Of a DNA stretch of 64,000 nt, positions 60,107-64,000 are shown one piece after another. Below the pieces are notes generated by a model that worked only from the letters and a program-made list of their open reading frames with translations, made no database searches and was not told the origin of the DNA. Each line of letters starts with the position of its first letter. Position 1 is the stretch's first letter. The stretch is from Candidatus Eiseniibacteriota bacterium (GTDB lineage: Bacteria > Eisenbacteria > RBG-16-71-46): assembly GCA_031370785.1 (NCBI GenBank), contig JANMQY010000015.1, positions 36,596-100,595 on the forward strand, given 5' to 3'. The position numbers and the translations under genes were made by a program.

Positions 60107-61219
60107 GTGAGTCGGCTCATGATCGCGATGCTGACCGGGGCGTGCTTCTGCGCGCCCCGGCTCGCCGCGGCCGCGGGCCCGGCGCCGACGTGGCCGTCCG
60201 AGGTGACGCTGAATGGATTTCTCTCGACCAGCTACTCCTACAATTTCAACCGACCGGCCTCGGCCACGAATCAATTCCGCGTGTTCGACTTCGACGACAA
60301 CACCTTCAAGATCGACGTGCTCGAGCTGGTGGTGCAGAAGCCGGTCTCCAGGCCGCGTGAATCAGGATTTCGCGCGGACGTGGACTTCGGCAGCTCGATT
60401 CCGCGCGTCACCGCCTCGGCCGGACTATTTCGCGACGCAGGCGGAAACGCCGAGGACGTCGATCTCCAGCAGGCGTTCGCGAGCTATGTCGCGCCGCTTG
60501 GCTCGGGGCTGCGGTTCGACATGGGCAAGTTCATCACTGGCCACGGATACGAAGTCATCGAGGGCCACGACGGATGGAATGACAACGTGACGCGATCCAT
60601 CCTGTTCGGTTATGCCATTCCATTCACGCACGTAGGGGTACGCGCCTCGTACGCGTTCACTCCCAGGCTCTCGGGCCTGATGATGGTGGTGAACGGGTGG
60701 GATGTGGCGAGGGACAACAACCGCTCCAAATCCGTCGGCAGTCAGCTCACGTGGACGCCGACCTCGCCGCTCACGCTGATCGTGAGCGGCATGTTCGGTC
60801 CCGAGCGCAACGCCAATGACGCGGACTCTCGTGAACTGCTGGACGTCGTGGCGATCTTCAAAGCCACCAGCCGGCTCACGCTGGGCGCGAACGCCGACAT
60901 CTGCGCCGAGGAAAGCGCGACCGCCGCACAGCAGGACGGCCACTGGAGTGGCATTGCTGGCTACGCGCGGCTGGCAGTCACTGAACCTTTCGCCGTGTGC
61001 GTGCGCGCCGAGTACTTCGACGACTCCGACGGGGTGCGCACCGGTGTGGGCCAGTTTCTCCGCGAGGCGACGGCAACCGCCGAGCTGCGCGTTACCCCAC
61101 ACTTCCTGGTGCGCGGAGACCTGCGCGTGGATCGCTCGAATCTGGCCGTCCTTCAGACTCGCACGGGCACGAGGAATACCCAGCCAACGCTGCTCCTGAA
61201 CGCGATCTATTCGTTCTAG
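60107..61219 (+). CDS. Putative outer-membrane porin (BBP2/OmpL-like)
   Basis: Signal peptide; YSYNFNRP, DLQQAF, GKFITGHGYEVIE, IPFTHVG, NGWD; terminal YSF. Confidence 0.85.
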   Translation: MSRLMIAMLTGACFCAPRLAAAAGPAPTWPSEVTLNGFLSTSYSYNFNRPASATNQFRVFDFDDNTFKIDVLELVVQKPVSRPRESGFRADVDFGSSIPRVTASAGLFRDAGGNAEDVDLQQAFASYVAPLGSGLRFDMGKFITGHGYEVIEGHDGWNDNVTRSILFGYAIPFTHVGVRASYAFTPRLSGLMMVVNGWDVARDNNRSKSVGSQLTWTPTSPLTLIVSGMFGPERNANDADSRELLDVVAIFKATSRLTLGANADICAEESATAAQQDGHWSGIAGYARLAVTEPFAVCVRAEYFDDSDGVRTGVGQFLREATATAELRVTPHFLVRGDLRVDRSNLAVLQTRTGTRNTQPTLLLNAIYSF

Positions 61220-61498
61220 AAATCGGAAGCCGGCCGCTTCCGGTCGCGAGCATGCCCTCGCCGCGATCGTGACCGGGGTTTCGCCGTGCGACATCGCATC
61301 GGCGAGCGCGGCAATGTTGCCGCTCGGAGCACGCATGTACACGCAAGTGGGTGCCGCGGCCCAGACGGTCGCGAGCCAGCACCGACGGGAATCAGCAGCA
61401 GTGTGGCGACGACGGCCGATCGCATCCGCGCAGCCTAGCGTCCCGGGCGCGCAGCTTCCACTGCCGCCCGCTCCTCTATGCGCGTGGCCGCGGGCAGG

Positions 61499-62167
61499 TC
61501 ACCGCACGACGATCACCCGCCGCGTGAATGTCTCGCCGAGGAGACTCGCGCGGATCAGGTAGATGCCGGCATCGAGTCCGCGTCCGTGATCGTCGGTGAG
61601 ATTCCACGGGAGCACGGTGCGGCCGGGCATGGCCGAGCCGTGGGCGAGGTTCCGAACCATGCGGCCGGCGATGTCGAACACGTCGACGTTGACCGCACCG
61701 GCTTTGGGAAGCGTGTAGGAGATGCGCACCCCCGCGCGCGCGGGATTCGGCCAGGGATTGGCGAAATCGATTGCGGGCCCCGCTGGCTTGGCCGAATAGT
61801 CGAAGACGCCACGCCGTACGCTCACATTCGACATGCCGGACCAGTTGCCCGCCTCGTCGACAGTCTTGAGCGCGAAGTAGAGGGTGAGCCCGGGATTGAC
61901 CGAAGTCATGGTGACGCTGTCCGGGCGGCCGGCCGGCGACGGGCGCGAGAACACGGGGAGAGGGGTGGCATGCACGAAATTGGCTTCCGTGATGGGGCTG
62001 GTCGACAGGCGGAGGTCGTACCGCATCGCCTGCCCCTTCATGTCGTCATCGCCCGGGGCGGTCCAGCGAAGCTTGATGGTGGTGCTGATCGTTGCGTTCG
62101 AGGGGCCAGTGGCGGCCCCCAACCCGAGAAATACAACCAGTGCCATGAAAAACTGGGTTTGACGCAC
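61499..62167 (-). CDS. Small secreted FN3 plus FlgD-Ig/T9SS-like CTD protein, paralog of 23848-24519
   Basis: LRWTAPGDDD...YDLRLS...DEAGNWSGMSN; WPNPA...FDIAGRMVR...GIYLIR. Confidence 0.85.
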   Translation of the reverse strand: MRQTQFFMALVVFLGLGAATGPSNATISTTIKLRWTAPGDDDMKGQAMRYDLRLSTSPITEANFVHATPLPVFSRPSPAGRPDSVTMTSVNPGLTLYFALKTVDEAGNWSGMSNVSVRRGVFDYSAKPAGPAIDFANPWPNPARAGVRISYTLPKAGAVNVDVFDIAGRMVRNLAHGSAMPGRTVLPWNLTDDHGRGLDAGIYLIRASLLGETFTRRVIVVR

Positions 62168-62714
62168 TCGTCCTCCATGAACGAACCAGCCCGAAATTCA
62201 GGTGGCGCGCGTGATCAGGCCTCCTGCGGTGATGTCGCCGCACCGACTCCGAGGGGAGCGATGGCGCATTGGGGGATCGACTATTGGTGGTTCGGCCGAT
62301 GGGGAGCGGCCAGTTGTCTCGCGCACCGCAGTTCCGAATCCGAGCGAAGTCGGTTCGGCGGGTGGCGCGCCCGCGAGACCGGGGCACCTTAGGGGCATTG
62401 CCTGATCCAGAGCAAGGGAAACCTCCGGTTTTTCTCCGGATGGCACCGGGTTTCTTGAAAGGTTAAGCCGGCCTTTTTCCTCTATACGGGCACGGGCCGT
62501 CGGGCTGCGCTCCAGACTTCCAATGGGAGAACATGCGCCGTACCTGGTGATCGTGGGCTCGAGCCACACGTCCCGCTGCCGCTCCGCAGGTCGGTGCATG
62601 CGGCATGGACATGTTCCGCGGGACGGTGGTGGCGAAGTGACAGCGCGGAACGCGAGCGCCTGACTCAGACGCGCAGTGCAGGCCCCGAATGAGGCGTGGA
62701 GTGCGGGCCCTGAG

Positions 62715-63197
62715 TCAGGCCCGGCCGGGCTCGGCCTTCTCTTCGGCGGCCCGGCGCTTCTTCGCGAAGAATTCCTTGAGCGGCGCGCCGCACTCCTCGG
62801 CAAGCACTCCGCTCTCCACCGTGACCCGATGGTTGAGCCGCCGCTCGTGAATCACGTCGAGCACCGAGCCGCAGGCGCCGGCCTTGGGGTCGGGCGCGCC
62901 GTATACCAGACGCCCGAGCCTGGCGAGCACGATCGCGCCCGCACACATCGCACACGGCTCGAGGGTCACGTAGAGAGTGCAGCCGTCCAGGTGCCAGTTT
63001 CCGAGGGCCGCGGCCGCCGCCCGGATCGCGACGATCTCCGCGTGCGCCGTCGGGTCTTGGTCGGCCTCGCGACGGTTCCCTCCCGTCGCCAGGAAATCAT
63101 CGCCCTTCACTATCGCGGCGCCGACCGGGACATCACCTGAGGTCGCGCATCCTTGCGCGACCTCCAACGCCGCGCGCATCCAGCGCTCGTGGTCCAT
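62715..63197 (-). CDS. tadA: tRNA adenosine(34) deaminase
   Basis: DVPVGA, DPTAHAE, TLEPCAMCAGA and DPKAGACGS. Confidence 0.95.
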   Translation of the reverse strand: MDHERWMRAALEVAQGCATSGDVPVGAAIVKGDDFLATGGNRREADQDPTAHAEIVAIRAAAAALGNWHLDGCTLYVTLEPCAMCAGAIVLARLGRLVYGAPDPKAGACGSVLDVIHERRLNHRVTVESGVLAEECGAPLKEFFAKKRRAAEEKAEPGRA

Positions 63198-63541
63198 CAG
63201 TACTTCCCGATCTCACGCAGACGGTCGTCGCTGATCCCGAAATGGTGGGCGAGTTCGTGCTCGACGGTGTGGCAGACAAGTTGGCGGAGCTGTTCGGGCT
63301 CACCCCGCGAGCTGCGCTCCAGCGTCGAGCGATACAGCGTGATCCGGTCGGGCAACGCGCCCGTGTAGTGGTTGCCCCTCTCGGTCAGCGGGATCCCGTG
63401 ATACAGGCCAAGCACGTCCTGCTGTCCCGGCGGTGGGTAGGGTTCGACGAAGAGTTCGACGTTGTCGAGCGCGTCGTGCACCCAATCGGGCAGGCCTTTG
63501 ACCGCTTCCGCCACGAGTTCGTCGAACTGCTCCGGCTTCAT
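63197..63541 (-). CDS. Zincin-like metallopeptidase (DUF1025-like)
   Basis: LGLYHGIPLTER, PDRITLYR and HELAHHFG. Confidence 0.9.
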   Translation of the reverse strand: MKPEQFDELVAEAVKGLPDWVHDALDNVELFVEPYPPPGQQDVLGLYHGIPLTERGNHYTGALPDRITLYRSTLERSSRGEPEQLRQLVCHTVEHELAHHFGISDDRLREIGKY

Positions 63542-63550
63542 CCGTCCAGG

Positions 63551-64000
63551 CTACGCGGTGGGGAGCCAAGCCTCGCGGGTGGCTTCGTACGCGGTGATCT
63601 TCTCGTCTTGGCGGAGCGTGAGGCCGATGTCATCCAGTCCTTCGACCAGTCGCCACGCGGTGTAGTCATCGATGGGGAAGCTCTCGTCCAACCCGGGTGC
63701 GGTGACGCGGCGGTTCGGAAGGTCCACCACGATCCGCGTCTGCGGGTCATCGAGCGCCGCATCCATCAAGGCTCTCACCGACTCCGCCGGGAGTTCCACG
63801 GGGAGGACACCAACCTTCGTGCAGTTGTTGCGGAAGATGTCGGCGAAGCTCGGCGCGATCACCACGCGGAACCCCGCGTCTTCGATGGCCCACGGCGCGT
63901 GCTCGCGGCTTGACCCGCAGCCGAAGTTCGCGCCGGCGATGAGGACACTCGCGCCCGCGTAGCGCGCGTCGTTGATGATGAAGGTCGGATCTTCACGCCA
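63551..64000 (-). CDS. leuD: 3-isopropylmalate dehydratase small subunit, 3' part
   Basis: NFGCGSSREHAPWA, APSFADIFRNN and GLDDIGLTL. Confidence 0.95.
   Translation of the reverse strand, partial: WREDPTFIINDARYAGASVLIAGANFGCGSSREHAPWAIEDAGFRVVIAPSFADIFRNNCTKVGVLPVELPAESVRALMDAALDDPQTRIVVDLPNRRVTAPGLDESFPIDDYTAWRLVEGLDDIGLTLRQDEKITAYEATREAWLPTA

Noticed and set aside
62658..62720. 11-bp inverted repeat GCCTGACTCAG/CTGAGTCAGGC at the tadA 3' end as a MITE
   Set aside because: Single copy in the window with no target-site duplication; more likely a 3' hairpin

Overview
High-GC bacterial chromosome segment from a diderm organism. Four secreted proteins carry FlgD-Ig/T9SS type A-like C-terminal domains and one has an SWGxIKxxY tail, which suggests an FCB-related lineage such as Ca. 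Eisenbacteria (inference, not a database result). The minus-strand housekeeping backbone is leuD, zincin, tadA ... tRNA-Ser(CGA), tRNA-Ser(GGA), tRNA-Ala(CGC), SRP RNA, dnaX, ybaB, recR, CBS protein, mglB, mglA, pgpA ... cinA, thpR ... recA, recX, alaS. Accessory blocks interrupt it: (i) between recA and thpR, a Cyc2-like cytochrome-porin, a truncated IS3 element and a kinase-fold remnant; (ii) between cinA and pgpA, an ECF sigma with an internally deleted Ser/Thr kinase, a lipoprotein NirK-cytochrome c fusion and a second ECF; (iii) a 2.34 kb integrase-less metal-efflux islet in tRNA-Ser(CGA); (iv) about 35 kb of secreted enzymes and a general-stress cluster (class D sortase with an LPQTA substrate, YtxH, NYN-LOTUS nuclease, two hybrid histidine kinases including a poly-HAMP one, YihY, topoisomerase IB), with sigma54-type promoters before two of these genes, plus amtB-porin. 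No CRISPR array or rRNA gene was seen.
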